Notes: generated from the sequence alone by a model not told the origin. DNA of 59,002 nt from Thermoproteota archaeon (GCA_024720975.1 JANJXX010000006.1:1-59002), one strand, 5' to 3'. Counted from the first letter of the stretch, positions 30,121 through 40,523 are shown. Program-made: numbers and translations.

Positions 30121-31128
30121 CTAGAGGCGTATTCGTGGATCTATTATCGCATAAAGTATGTCTACAAGCAGGCTTGTTATGACTATGAATAGACCAGTCA
30201 TAAGTGTATATAGTATTATTGATGGAATATCGAAGTTGTTTATGGCAAGTACATATTTGTATCCAATACCTGGGAGCTGAAAGACTGTTTCCGTTATTAT
30301 GGCTCCAGAGAGTAAACCAGCGAACATAAATAGTATTACTGTCACCACTGGTATCAAAGAGTTTTTAAGAGCATGCTTCCAAACACGGAAGGGAGGCAAC
30401 CCCCTAGCATGCGCATACAATATATAATCCGATGACAATACATCCAACATAGTATTCCTCACGTATCTAGCGAGGCCACCAAATGATATAAAGGCTAATA
30501 TAAATGATGGCAGTAGAAGTCGTGAGACTATCGCATCCAATATATTAAACTCTCCCAGTATTATTGCATCAATTACAAAGAGCCCAGTTATTATCCGCGA
30601 GGGAATTGGAACTCCAACCAACGTTATCCAGCGGAGTACATCGTAAAATATCCACACAAAAATGTAAGCTATCCAAAAGCTCGGAGTTGAATATCCTATA
30701 AGTGCAAGCAGACGAACAGCGTTATCTATAGCCGTATCTTTTCTGAGAGCTGCTATTATACCCAGTGGTATACCCAAAATTATTGTGAAAAACGTCGCCA
30801 ACACGGCAATATTGGCCGTTACAATGAAACCTTGCATCCACTCCACGATTATATTATTGTGCGTGACTGGTGAGTATATCGAACCAGAGAGAATATGACG
30901 CATAAAGAAGTAGTATTGAGTCCAAAAGGGTTCATCTAAGTGATACATCTTTCGAACTTGCTCCACAACCTCAGGGCGAGCTTTCTGACCACCAGCCCAA
31001 GCCCTCGCAGGATCGGCCGGTGTATAGAAAGCTATCGTAAAAGTTAAAAGAGTTATTCCTATAATCGTAGGGATGAATGTTATCGCTCTCCTGACAAGAT
31101 AGCGTCCTAAACCAGCCAGCTGAATCAC
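30121..31128 (-). CDS. dppB: Peptide ABC transporter permease
   Basis: PADPA, STPSFW, DYILYAHARGL, HALKN, ETVFQLPGIG, DPRIR. Confidence 0.95.
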   Translation of the reverse strand: MIQLAGLGRYLVRRAITFIPTIIGITLLTFTIAFYTPADPARAWAGGQKARPEVVEQVRKMYHLDEPFWTQYYFFMRHILSGSIYSPVTHNNIIVEWMQGFIVTANIAVLATFFTIILGIPLGIIAALRKDTAIDNAVRLLALIGYSTPSFWIAYIFVWIFYDVLRWITLVGVPIPSRIITGLFVIDAIILGEFNILDAIVSRLLLPSFILAFISFGGLARYVRNTMLDVLSSDYILYAHARGLPPFRVWKHALKNSLIPVVTVILFMFAGLLSGAIITETVFQLPGIGYKYVLAINNFDIPSIILYTLMTGLFIVITSLLVDILYAIIDPRIRL

Positions 31129-31192
31129 CTACAAAAAAGATCAATAAACGTATAAAAACCTATAAAATGCTACCCATATATTTGATATTGCG

Positions 31193-31879
31193 TTATATTT
31201 GTCGCGTTAAAGCAGTAGCTAATTTGCTCATTCGTATTCTAATTATCAGGCAGGAGAGCGGATAAAGAATTATTGAAAGCATTGTAGGCACAAATTTCTC
31301 AATGAGATAGATTGCACTCGCAATAAAATATAACCAATAGGCTTTCCCTAGAAATTTAAAGAAGCCAATTTTGTCCTGAAGTTCTAACATTATAATCGAA
31401 ACTACAAGAGAGGTAACTCCAAATAGTACCCCGTTGAAGTACATGAAGAATCCTGTTAATATTGAACTAAAACTCGTTATCTCCAAACCCTCAACCAGAG
31501 CCTTCTCTAGGGCTTTTATGTTTTCTGGCACTAAGATTGCTACCACCGCAATTGTTGCTAAGGTATCAACGACGTAAAAGATACGTAACGCCCGTAGGAT
31601 GTTTCTGGATCCCCTCCAGCTGAGTATGTCGAAAGTCGTTTCTGTGCGTCTTAAAAAGAGAGAAAATGCTAACAACAAGGCTAGTAGTCCAAGCAATAGC
31701 AGGAAAGTTAGAACGAGGAAACTATTTATGACACTTGAGCTCGTCTGCTCTCCGTGCAGAAATTCGTTGTATGTATCTTCGAAATGCATTTCTCCAGCTA
31801 TTACCAGGGCTATATAAAGCACATAGCTAAGTCCAAGCAGCAATGCCGCCTTAGATAATTCAGAGAGATTGTCCCTCAA
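31193..31879 (-). CDS. Hypothetical membrane protein
   Basis: 5-6 hydrophobic segments; lies between dppA and dppB. Confidence 0.7.
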   Translation of the reverse strand: MRDNLSELSKAALLLGLSYVLYIALVIAGEMHFEDTYNEFLHGEQTSSSVINSFLVLTFLLLLGLLALLLAFSLFLRRTETTFDILSWRGSRNILRALRIFYVVDTLATIAVVAILVPENIKALEKALVEGLEITSFSSILTGFFMYFNGVLFGVTSLVVSIIMLELQDKIGFFKFLGKAYWLYFIASAIYLIEKFVPTMLSIILYPLSCLIIRIRMSKLATALTRQI

Positions 31880-31884
31880 GATTT

Positions 31885-32574
31885 CTATCTTTCTCTTCGT
31901 TTGAATTCACCGACGAGGAACTTAAAAAACTCATTATTTTGAACCAACCACTCAAATATTACGCTCTCTTCGAGCTTCCATGCTGGTTCATAGATATGAC
32001 CATTTTTTCCAATAAGCACTGGATACCAAACAATCTCTTCTTGAACAATGCCAATGCGCTCATTAAGAACGTCTTCAGTGATTCCTAATCCTTTTTCTAT
32101 TAAAAACTTTACAAAGCTTGCGACAGAGAACTTGGAAGCACTAAAATTGCCTAACAAATAACGAAATATGGATCTGGTACGATCAAGGAGTTTTGCTGAT
32201 GGAACAAAAATGGCTCTATATCTAGACCAGCTTATATTGAGATTCATTTCATCTAGGAAATCACTTCTGTGTCCTTCAACTAACGCTTTTGCAGATAAGT
32301 AAACGCTCTCGATATCTTCAAATATGGCATTGGAATTACATGAGAAGTCTGTGATTGCATTTGTGATCTCCTCCACCCGCTGCATCTTAATGAGGCTGGC
32401 TTCCCTGGCGAGAAGTATGGTAGTTAAGGGGTCTTTAGTAAGGGTACTAGTAAAACAACTGAACAGAATATCTTTTTTCTCATTTGCCTTGTAGATTAGC
32501 CGCACGTAGGGAAAGAAATAGATAGCTCCCAGCTCGTATGCTATATCGTGAAGAACCGTAGCGACGTTATACAT
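31885..32574 (-). CDS. Hypothetical soluble protein
   Basis: 229-aa ORF with an AGGAGTGA SD; co-oriented within the dpp cluster. Confidence 0.7.
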   Translation of the reverse strand: MYNVATVLHDIAYELGAIYFFPYVRLIYKANEKKDILFSCFTSTLTKDPLTTILLAREASLIKMQRVEEITNAITDFSCNSNAIFEDIESVYLSAKALVEGHRSDFLDEMNLNISWSRYRAIFVPSAKLLDRTRSIFRYLLGNFSASKFSVASFVKFLIEKGLGITEDVLNERIGIVQEEIVWYPVLIGKNGHIYEPAWKLEESVIFEWLVQNNEFFKFLVGEFKRRER

Positions 32575-32668
32575 GCTTCACTCCTGAGACAATAGAAGAA
32601 AAATAGAGCTATATGAAGACAAAAAATTGCTAAGAAATTAAAAAAAGAGTGAAAGTGCAAAATTATAC

Positions 32669-34933
32669 TTATTCTTCTTTCTTTCTCACAATGAGAGGCA
32701 GGACCACTATTGGTACGGCAGGTATGACTGATTCTATTGCGGCACTTGTCTTGAATATTCCGCTCGCTTTAATTAGTTCTTTAGCCTTGGTCAGATTATA
32801 CGTGTACTTTATAATGTTCTTCTCTGTGTATCCAAGCATTCCCTTTGGAATGACACCATAAAGCTGCGCTACTAGTCCCTCATAGATCTCCTTATATATC
32901 TTTTCGAATGGCACAGCCCATGTTAACGCTTGACGTACGAGCGATATGTTAAGTGGATACCTATATGTGTTCAGGACTATAAAATCGATGTCAAATGTTA
33001 GTAATTCTGGACTGGCCACAATATTTATCTTGTAGGGCGTGTCTGGATATGTAGTACCATTTACTTCAGGTATATTTGCACGCGGCACGTAGCAGAAGTC
33101 AGCAGCACCTGCCTTATATAGTGACAATCTTGGAGCAGTTTCGTCATAGATCACAAAAATAACGTAATCTATCGTTCCATAATTAGGATTCTCTATGTAT
33201 AATGTAGCGTTCCAGTAGTATGGGTTCTTCTTCAAGATGATGAATGTATTATCTTTATAGTCGTAGACGTAGAATGGTCCAGTCGCTATTGGATATTTGT
33301 GTAACAGTCTGTGAGATTTCTCCTCCTCGAAGGCAGTTTTGTTTATGTACTTTGCGAGGTTGTATATTTTCTTTCCATTCTCAATATCCAGGAGTGCTTG
33401 TGTGTAGTTCCATCCAATAGCATCAAACACATACTTCATTGGCACAACGGATAGGAATGCATCAGCTAGAATTGCTAGGATTGCTGGGTAGGGCATCGTT
33501 AGCTTGAGTTCCACTACATTAGCTGTCGAGATATTAGTAGAGCCAAAGAACTCAAGAAGCTGACTCAAGTTACTAACTTGTGCCGTTTGTCCTTTATATT
33601 CAGCGATTAGGGGCGTTGTATTGAGTAAGCTGTTAAATTCATCCTCGGTTAGTACCTTTGATTCATTATAGTCAATGTATGCTGTGACCATCCAGGATGG
33701 GTCAGCCTCAAGCCAACCGACTCTCCAAATGCTAAATAGCACGTCCAAAGCTGAGATATTATATAGTTCCTGCGTTGTTCCGCCGAACTCGGGATCTGCG
33801 CTGATCTTGTCTACCCATCTATTGTATGCCTTGATATCTCCTCTTATCACAAAGTAGTAGGTTGATGCGTCTTCAGTTCTAGCCCAGGCAATGGCTAAGT
33901 CTTTGTCTGGATATATAGTCTCAGTTCTCCAATAGGTTACTAGTTGATCTCCAGTCTCCCAGAGAATTTCCCAACCGAAAGTCTCATACGTAAAGGCACC
34001 ATCGAAACTCTCTGGCCAACCAATGGTAGCAATGACAATTACAGACTTATTATTGTAGTATTTTACTGTGGGAGTTCCCGCAGCGCCTCCACCAAGCGTT
34101 CCAATCTCAACCTGAGGCGTATCAGGTTGCTCCCAAAGGAGGTCATATCTAATAGGCATCACTGGATGATAGTACCATCCATTAACCCAGGTCCAGTGAT
34201 TGCGCACCAACATGTGTTGACTTAGCCAGATTATTGGAACCTCGTGATTTGTTATTTGCTGAATAGCTTGGTATATTGCATTTCTGTGCGTTGGATCTCC
34301 ATCTATCACTCCGGCTTGGATTAACGCGTCCAAGGTGACATTTCTATACATTGAAGGGGCTATAGTAATCCAAGGCGTGGAATTTTCTATTGGAAGCGTG
34401 TGTACTTCATCAACTTCATATTGGACTACAAGTATCTTTGCTCCAGTGGGGATGTCAACAGTCGCACCTGTACCCTTAGGTCCGACAACTACATACCATG
34501 AATTTTCGACTTCAAATACCTTAGCACTAGATAAATAATTCGCAACATCAGCCGCTGTTGTAACTTCAATTGTTTTCAGCGTAGTGAAGCGAGTTCCTCC
34601 GTAAGCCATGGGTGCAGCGTAGTCGTCTGGATCAATGTAGTCTGGGGCCCAACCGATTATATACACATCAAATGCATTTGGATCCATGATTGTATCCAAG
34701 TATACCGGCCATTCCATGCTTTGCACTACAACTTCAAACCCTAATTTACCCCACTCAGCTGCAAGTGCTGTTGCTATTCTTTCTCTCTCCACGTTACCTG
34801 CGTTGTAGAATACCCTTATTTTAGGTTTGGGCGGCGCTGGTCGGAGCAATAGGTATGCAGCTATACCGCCAATGATTATAATCGCTACTATTATTCCAAC
34901 TACAATTTTTCTTCTTTGCACTGCAGCTAACAT
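32669..34933 (-). CDS. dppA: Peptide ABC substrate-binding protein (family 5), circularly permuted, with hydrophobic segments at both ends
   Basis: Domain-III motifs (YNAGN, EWPVYLD, GWAPDYIDPD, R..IY..IQ) come first. The usual N-terminal motifs (IATIGWPESFD, SALDVLFS, TGPF, KNPYYW, VRQAL) follow. Confidence 0.9.
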   Translation of the reverse strand: MLAAVQRRKIVVGIIVAIIIIGGIAAYLLLRPAPPKPKIRVFYNAGNVERERIATALAAEWGKLGFEVVVQSMEWPVYLDTIMDPNAFDVYIIGWAPDYIDPDDYAAPMAYGGTRFTTLKTIEVTTAADVANYLSSAKVFEVENSWYVVVGPKGTGATVDIPTGAKILVVQYEVDEVHTLPIENSTPWITIAPSMYRNVTLDALIQAGVIDGDPTHRNAIYQAIQQITNHEVPIIWLSQHMLVRNHWTWVNGWYYHPVMPIRYDLLWEQPDTPQVEIGTLGGGAAGTPTVKYYNNKSVIVIATIGWPESFDGAFTYETFGWEILWETGDQLVTYWRTETIYPDKDLAIAWARTEDASTYYFVIRGDIKAYNRWVDKISADPEFGGTTQELYNISALDVLFSIWRVGWLEADPSWMVTAYIDYNESKVLTEDEFNSLLNTTPLIAEYKGQTAQVSNLSQLLEFFGSTNISTANVVELKLTMPYPAILAILADAFLSVVPMKYVFDAIGWNYTQALLDIENGKKIYNLAKYINKTAFEEEKSHRLLHKYPIATGPFYVYDYKDNTFIILKKNPYYWNATLYIENPNYGTIDYVIFVIYDETAPRLSLYKAGAADFCYVPRANIPEVNGTTYPDTPYKINIVASPELLTFDIDFIVLNTYRYPLNISLVRQALTWAVPFEKIYKEIYEGLVAQLYGVIPKGMLGYTEKNIIKYTYNLTKAKELIKASGIFKTSAAIESVIPAVPIVVLPLIVRKKEE

Positions 34934-35278
34934 GCCTCACACCAGAGAATAGAGTTTGCTATATCACAGATGAAAATTTTTTAAAAAAAAGATGACTACA
35001 TTTCATTAAAGACATTTCAATCACTTCCTTTAATGTCTCTGGGGTATCTACAAACTATCTGGTAGATGGAACATTTGCATAGGCATCCTCTGCATCTTAC
35101 ATACAATAGTGCTTCTTTTAGCTCGTGGACCTCCTGAATTTGATTTTTCTATATCTACCAATAGCTTAAGCGGAAAGGCTGCGTATTTGTCCCTTTGGTG
35201 TACTTTCGTGGTTTATAGAAACTAGTTGCGTGCTTCTTCGGAACCATCTACAGAACCAAGATCTGAGGTATATGTTAT

Positions 35279-35515
35279 GACTGAAAGCCTTGCCATTTAG
35301 GGCAGGAGTAATATAGTAAGACTTATAAGTTCTGTATCTCTTGGTACGTTCCTAGAGCTAGCATGCGATTCAAAGCAAAAATAATAGCTCCAAGCCCGTA
35401 CTATGCGAGGCAGAGTAATTCACCTGAGGGATCGAACTCATGCTGAACTAACAGGAGCTGGAGACGTAGCCTGAACCTCTCCTCAGAACGCTTGTTTCCC
35501 AGGACGGAAGATCAG
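35279..35515 (+). mobile_element. 237-bp non-autonomous IS200/IS605-type element (left end, TATA-like box, omegaRNA-like interior, right end; no ORF)
   Basis: TTAT|GACTGAAAG plus hairpin ... CAGAAC plus decayed hairpin plus GATCAG|. The interior is homologous to the 46746 copy. Confidence 0.75.
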
Positions 35516-36192
35516 TAAATATAGCTTAAGAATCTTGTTCTATATTCTTCTAAGGTAATGTTACCCCTTAATTCACCAGCATCGATTAGCATTACTCTCC
35601 CTGGTAACTGCAGGGGGAGGGCCAAATCACGTGTTGCAATGACTTTCTTAGTGTGCTTTCTTCGGATAAAATCTATGACGCGCCTTCTATTTTCTATATC
35701 AAGCATGCTAGTAGGCTCATCGAGGAAGATATACTCAAGATCATCGAGCACAAAAACCCTACAGAGGGAAACAAGCTGAGCCTGACCTGAAGATATATCT
35801 TTTCGCCTCTTATTCTCTATATTCTCCAGTCCAAACTCTCTCAGTATATCTCTAGCCCGCTCTGCAGCCTCATTTTTGGGAATACCTCGGAGGATTAGAG
35901 GAAGAGCCACGTTATCCACTACTGTGCCCCTTAGGAGGATTGGCTTTTCATGAACATACGCTATACTCTTACGTAACTTTAGTAGCTTTCCACTTCGCCA
36001 GGGGTTTTCTCCATTATATAGTACTTCTCCCTTTGTCGGAGGAATTATTAGCGACATTAACTTTAAGAGTGTCGTTTTTCCTGAAGCATTTTGACCAATG
36101 ACATAGGTTACACTATCACTCAATGTTAAGCTTATTCCTTTAATTATGGGGCTTTTTCCATGAAAGTACCAGACATCCTCAAGCCTAATCAC
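35512..36192 (-). CDS. tupC: ABC ATPase, tungstate/molybdate TupC-like
   Basis: GQNASGKT, ISSGQAQ, IFLDEPT; H-loop reads IATRD; 4-bp overlap with the permease. Confidence 0.75.
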   Translation of the reverse strand: MIRLEDVWYFHGKSPIIKGISLTLSDSVTYVIGQNASGKTTLLKLMSLIIPPTKGEVLYNGENPWRSGKLLKLRKSIAYVHEKPILLRGTVVDNVALPLILRGIPKNEAAERARDILREFGLENIENKRRKDISSGQAQLVSLCRVFVLDDLEYIFLDEPTSMLDIENRRRVIDFIRRKHTKKVIATRDLALPLQLPGRVMLIDAGELRGNITLEEYRTRFLSYIY

Positions 36193-36827
36193 TCTTTGTA
36201 CACCTTCAATAACCTTACCATTAATGATATTGAAACTAGCACTAGCACCAGTATGCCACCGAGATAGAAAGCTGATGTAAAATCTCCCTTCGAAATAGCT
36301 GCCGCTATAGCTGTTGTTAAGACGCGAGTTCGACCCTCAATATCTCCCCCAACAATTAGAGCTATACCAAGTTCACCGATAGCTCTTGAAAAGACTAATA
36401 AGAGGATTACAAGAATTTCAGGTAATGTTTCACGCAGCATTATTAAATCAGCGGTTCTATAATCAGCTCCTATCGAAATTACCAACTCCCAGTAAGTGTT
36501 TCTTGCATTGAAGAATACATCATAACTTAGTGAAACAAGCCAAGGAGTTATTAACAGCGCCTGACCTATTATTATAGCATATGGTGTATAGAGAAGATTG
36601 AGAAATCCAAGTAAACCTGTGCTGCTTAGAAGTGTACTCAGAACTAGACCAATAAGTACAGTTGGAATCCCAACTAAGCTCGTGAAAATGCTTACAATTA
36701 CTGCTGAGACCTTAGTCCTACTCCTAGAAATTGCTAGCGATAGAGGAATCGACCACAGAACCGCTAGAAGCACAGCTGAAAAAGAAATCGCTATAGACCT
36801 TAGCGTTATGTCCAACAAACTCTCCAA
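36189..36827 (-). CDS. tupB: ABC permease, tungstate TupB-like
   Basis: GIPTVLIGL, LLYTPYAIIIGQALLITP and FSRAIGELGIALIVGGDIEGRTRVLTTAI motifs. Confidence 0.85.
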   Translation of the reverse strand: MESLLDITLRSIAISFSAVLLAVLWSIPLSLAISRSRTKVSAVIVSIFTSLVGIPTVLIGLVLSTLLSSTGLLGFLNLLYTPYAIIIGQALLITPWLVSLSYDVFFNARNTYWELVISIGADYRTADLIMLRETLPEILVILLLVFSRAIGELGIALIVGGDIEGRTRVLTTAIAAAISKGDFTSAFYLGGILVLVLVSISLMVRLLKVYKE

Positions 36828-36988
36828 GAGCTCTCACCTGTCTCGTTAGACACCAGTATTACGCATCTCTCCAAAAACTTTATCCTTTAAGATTCCCCTG
36901 GTAATATACATTAATATATTACATGCCTATGACTACAATAGGTATTTATATAAATTCTGGTTTTCCCTGATCCTTCGGTGAAAACGTT

Positions 36989-38359
36989 ATGATTGATGAT
37001 TTATTCTCACAAATTGAAGCACGATACAAGCGCTTTGATATCCGCTATGAGATTGCATCTATCCTGACTATAAAATTAGTAAGAGGAAGCATTGAAAAAC
37101 TGCATGAGATGAGATCAGCCGGCTACGCAATTAGGATCCTTGAAGATGGCAATGTAATGCATATATCTACAACTGGAGAAGAAATTGAACCACAGATTGC
37201 ATTTAAGCTAAGGTACCCATGGACAAAGCCGATCGACCTAGCGCCAGTACCTGCCGTCAAGGATAACGTCAATGTAATAGCTTCAAAGCCACTGGAGCAT
37301 ATTGATGTTGATGAGAAAGTTTCTCTGCTTAGAGAGCTTGACCAAATCCTCGTTGAGGCCGGTATTGAAAATCGAGACATACGATACAGAGAAATTATTG
37401 TTGAGAAGCATATTAAAAGTTCAGACGGTACGGACGTACGCATGAGAATTCCATATGCACATATTCTTATGACGGCCAGTTACAAATACCAAGATAAAAT
37501 TGCAAGTATTAGGAGATCCTGGGGTATAATTGGAGGATGGGAACTAATGAATACTGATATGGTTAGGGATATCTTCAGGGATGCGTCAGAGAAAGTAAAA
37601 ATCAGTTCTCAAGCAAGATCAGTCAAGCCCGGAGTGTATAATGCAATTGTTGACGGCGATCTAAATCATCTGCTAGCCCATGAAGCATTTGGACATGCAT
37701 CTGAGGCAGATGAACTGCGAACAGGATCCATTCTAAAAGGCAGAAGAGGCAAGAAGGTGGCAAGTTCTCTGATAAATTTAGTTGATGACAAGAAATTCGA
37801 GGTGAATGGAATTAGAGGATTTGGTTGGATACCGTATGACGACGAAGGAGTAAGCGGTGGCAAAACTTATATAATTAAAGAAGGAATTCTTAATAGCTTT
37901 CTCTCTAACAGAGAAACGGCCTTTGAATTTAAACTCACGCCGACAGGTAATGGACGAGCTCAGGATTGGATGAACCCCGCCGTTGTTAGAATGACTAACA
38001 CCCTAATAGAACCAGCAGATGTGAAGCTTGCCATGAGTAATGATGAGCTTATAGAGGAGCTTAGAAATGGTTTGCTCTTAAGGTTTGGCCGAGGCGGAGA
38101 AGTTAATCCCATGGCTGGGGTATTCACTTTCGGCGTTCAAGAGGTTTATCTCATTGAGAATGGTGAAATTAAGGAACAAATGGCAAGTACAAGCATTTCT
38201 GGAAATATACTAACAACTCTAAAGAACATAACTGCCATTGGAAAGGATTATGATAGACCGGAAATCGGGGCTGGATTTTGCGGAAAGGCAATGCAAATGG
38301 TTCCTGTCGGCGCTTGTGGTGTATGGTTACTCATCAAAAATATTCATGTTGGTGGTTAG
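36989..38359 (+). CDS. tldD: TldD metalloprotease subunit
   Basis: HEAFGHASEAD zinc motif, YDDEG, GNGRA, RMTNT, CGK ligand. Confidence 0.93.
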   Translation: MIDDLFSQIEARYKRFDIRYEIASILTIKLVRGSIEKLHEMRSAGYAIRILEDGNVMHISTTGEEIEPQIAFKLRYPWTKPIDLAPVPAVKDNVNVIASKPLEHIDVDEKVSLLRELDQILVEAGIENRDIRYREIIVEKHIKSSDGTDVRMRIPYAHILMTASYKYQDKIASIRRSWGIIGGWELMNTDMVRDIFRDASEKVKISSQARSVKPGVYNAIVDGDLNHLLAHEAFGHASEADELRTGSILKGRRGKKVASSLINLVDDKKFEVNGIRGFGWIPYDDEGVSGGKTYIIKEGILNSFLSNRETAFEFKLTPTGNGRAQDWMNPAVVRMTNTLIEPADVKLAMSNDELIEELRNGLLLRFGRGGEVNPMAGVFTFGVQEVYLIENGEIKEQMASTSISGNILTTLKNITAIGKDYDRPEIGAGFCGKAMQMVPVGACGVWLLIKNIHVGG

Positions 38360-38360
38360 A

Positions 38361-39773
38361 ATGGATGTGGCTAAAAAATCGCTAGAAATCGCTAAGGAGC
38401 TTGGAGCAGATGCTACTGAAATATTCCATGGAAAGACGTTAGTAAAGATTATCTGGGTTGAGAAAGATATACTAAAACCAAGATACCTCGAAACAGAGGG
38501 CTTGGCTTTTAGAGTGGCTAAGAATGGAAACATAGGTTTCTCATATACGCTTCACTTAAGCGAAGATCATATAAGAAAAACGATAAAAGCAGCAATAAGG
38601 AGTGCAGAACTCAAGGGCAGAGATCCAAATTATGTAGGTCTCCCAGCCGCGAAAAGTATTACATCTAACTACATTAGGGAGGATATAAGAGACACTAGCC
38701 TGGAGGATCTCGGAAAGATATACAATGATTCATGGTCATTGCTAAAGGGAAATAAGAAAGTCACACTGATAGCAGGAAGTTCAATTTACTTTGAAGGACA
38801 TTACAGAATCCTCAACACAGAGGGTGTTGATAGTACATTAAAAGGAAATGCTATAATCATAGCGCTATTTGCTTTGACGCAAGAGATACCACCGAACGTA
38901 GTTGCTGAGTTCTTGGTCGAGAGGAAGAGAGCCATAAAAGTTGAGGAAATTGTAGAAAGGCTTCTAGGAAAAGCTGAGAGAGTTCTGGGTTGTAAAGAGG
39001 TAAACTACTCTGGCAAACCTGAAGTCATACTGGCACCTAGTGCACTTGAGCCACTGCTATGGATTTTCATAGAGCAAATAATGGCATCTCGAATAAAGGC
39101 CGGAATGAGCCCATTCACAAAGGAGAGCTTGGGTCAAGAAGTTGCAAGCAAAAACGTTGATATAATAGATGACCCTTATAGTGAGAAATCAAAATTTATA
39201 GCAGATGTAGATTTCGAAGGCATTCCAACAAGACGAAAACCTTTAGTTAAATCCGGAAGACTCACAACAATACTTAATGACTTCTACCATGCTAAGTTAT
39301 TCGATTTAGAATTATCAGCTAATACTATAAGGTTTGCTCCCAACATCTTTGATCCAGTACAAGTGGAACCGGCGATATCTCCATGGTTTATCACATTTGA
39401 GGGCAAAGAAAAAAGCCTCAACGACATCATAAGCGAGGTAGATAGAGGATTCTTAGTAGAGCAAGTCATGGGGGCACACCAAGCAGACCCCGTTAGTGGC
39501 AAGTTCTCTGTGCCAGCACTCGCGGTATATATAGAAAATGGAGAACTCAAGCATCCGATTAGGAACGTCATGCTAAGCGGAACCATTGGTGACGTCCTCA
39601 AAAATGTTGATGTTATAAGCAAGGAAAGAGAACTCTCCGGCATGGGGGCCGTAGAGGCACCATATGTGCGAACTAGTGGAATTGATGCATCCGCTGTTAA
39701 GGCACCTCTGAGCTACAGAATTCAAATGAAGATAGCAAATCTTCTACTCAGGCTCGGAGTAATAAAATTCTAA
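38361..39773 (+). CDS. tldE: TldE/PmbA non-catalytic subunit
   Basis: DFEGIPT, GAHQADPVSGKFS, IENGE and MLSG motifs; no HExxH. ATG lies 2 nt after the tldD stop (track start 38238 is too long). Confidence 0.9.
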   Translation: MDVAKKSLEIAKELGADATEIFHGKTLVKIIWVEKDILKPRYLETEGLAFRVAKNGNIGFSYTLHLSEDHIRKTIKAAIRSAELKGRDPNYVGLPAAKSITSNYIREDIRDTSLEDLGKIYNDSWSLLKGNKKVTLIAGSSIYFEGHYRILNTEGVDSTLKGNAIIIALFALTQEIPPNVVAEFLVERKRAIKVEEIVERLLGKAERVLGCKEVNYSGKPEVILAPSALEPLLWIFIEQIMASRIKAGMSPFTKESLGQEVASKNVDIIDDPYSEKSKFIADVDFEGIPTRRKPLVKSGRLTTILNDFYHAKLFDLELSANTIRFAPNIFDPVQVEPAISPWFITFEGKEKSLNDIISEVDRGFLVEQVMGAHQADPVSGKFSVPALAVYIENGELKHPIRNVMLSGTIGDVLKNVDVISKERELSGMGAVEAPYVRTSGIDASAVKAPLSYRIQMKIANLLLRLGVIKF

Positions 39774-39785
39774 AAAATATGAGAA

Positions 39786-40289
39786 TTAGGAGTTATCTTT
39801 TTCTTTTCCTATATTCTTAGAGCAGACAAGGATTACCTCTTCCCAAGTATCGGGCCTCTCAGCGATGCTAAACAGGATTCTATCTAGTATTTCTTTATTC
39901 TTCCTCACCGCATTGGCTAATGCTTCAGGCCAGATACCACAGAGAGCTACTCCCGCCTTAATTAATATCATCAAGAAACCATACTTTCTATTCCCTTTAT
40001 CCGCAGCTAAGATTATAAAATACTGATCAAGATTCACATCAACTTCCTCTGGGGGCTTCACATCTTTTATATTATTCCATGCATAATAGTTCTCTCCCCT
40101 CCCTATCATCTCAACTATTTTCTCTAGAAATGATCTCTTTAAGATTGGTACACCACCAAAAATATCCACTACATCAGAAAAATTCATTCCTATATCCATA
40201 GCCTCCCCAGAACGAGGCTCTTTCCCCTCAAGAGTAACTACCCATTGCCGAGTCAATTTATACAACCTAAGCAATTTAAAAGAAGACAA
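39786..40289 (-). CDS. Hypothetical protein
   Basis: 167-aa alpha/beta-looking ORF; start uncertain. Confidence 0.6.
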   Translation of the reverse strand: MSSFKLLRLYKLTRQWVVTLEGKEPRSGEAMDIGMNFSDVVDIFGGVPILKRSFLEKIVEMIGRGENYYAWNNIKDVKPPEEVDVNLDQYFIILAADKGNRKYGFLMILIKAGVALCGIWPEALANAVRKNKEILDRILFSIAERPDTWEEVILVCSKNIGKEKDNS

Positions 40290-40523
40290 TTAAAATAAGT
40301 TATATAAAAACAAAACATATAAGTATACTACAACCAAAAGAGAAAATCCATGAGAAAATATATAACGCTTGTCGATATCAATCGGGGTAACATAATTCAC
40401 GCAATTGACCTAAACTAGTCAACGAAAGACAGACACAAGGTATATACCGCGTCTTTATTATTGCATTACTATTATTATATTTCATTTTACAAATTCATAT
40501 AAGTTCGGGCTGAGGTATTTGAT

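Noticed and set aside
38238-38360. N-terminal extension of TldE
   Set aside because: It overlaps the tldD C-terminus; ATG 38361 directly follows the tldD stop.
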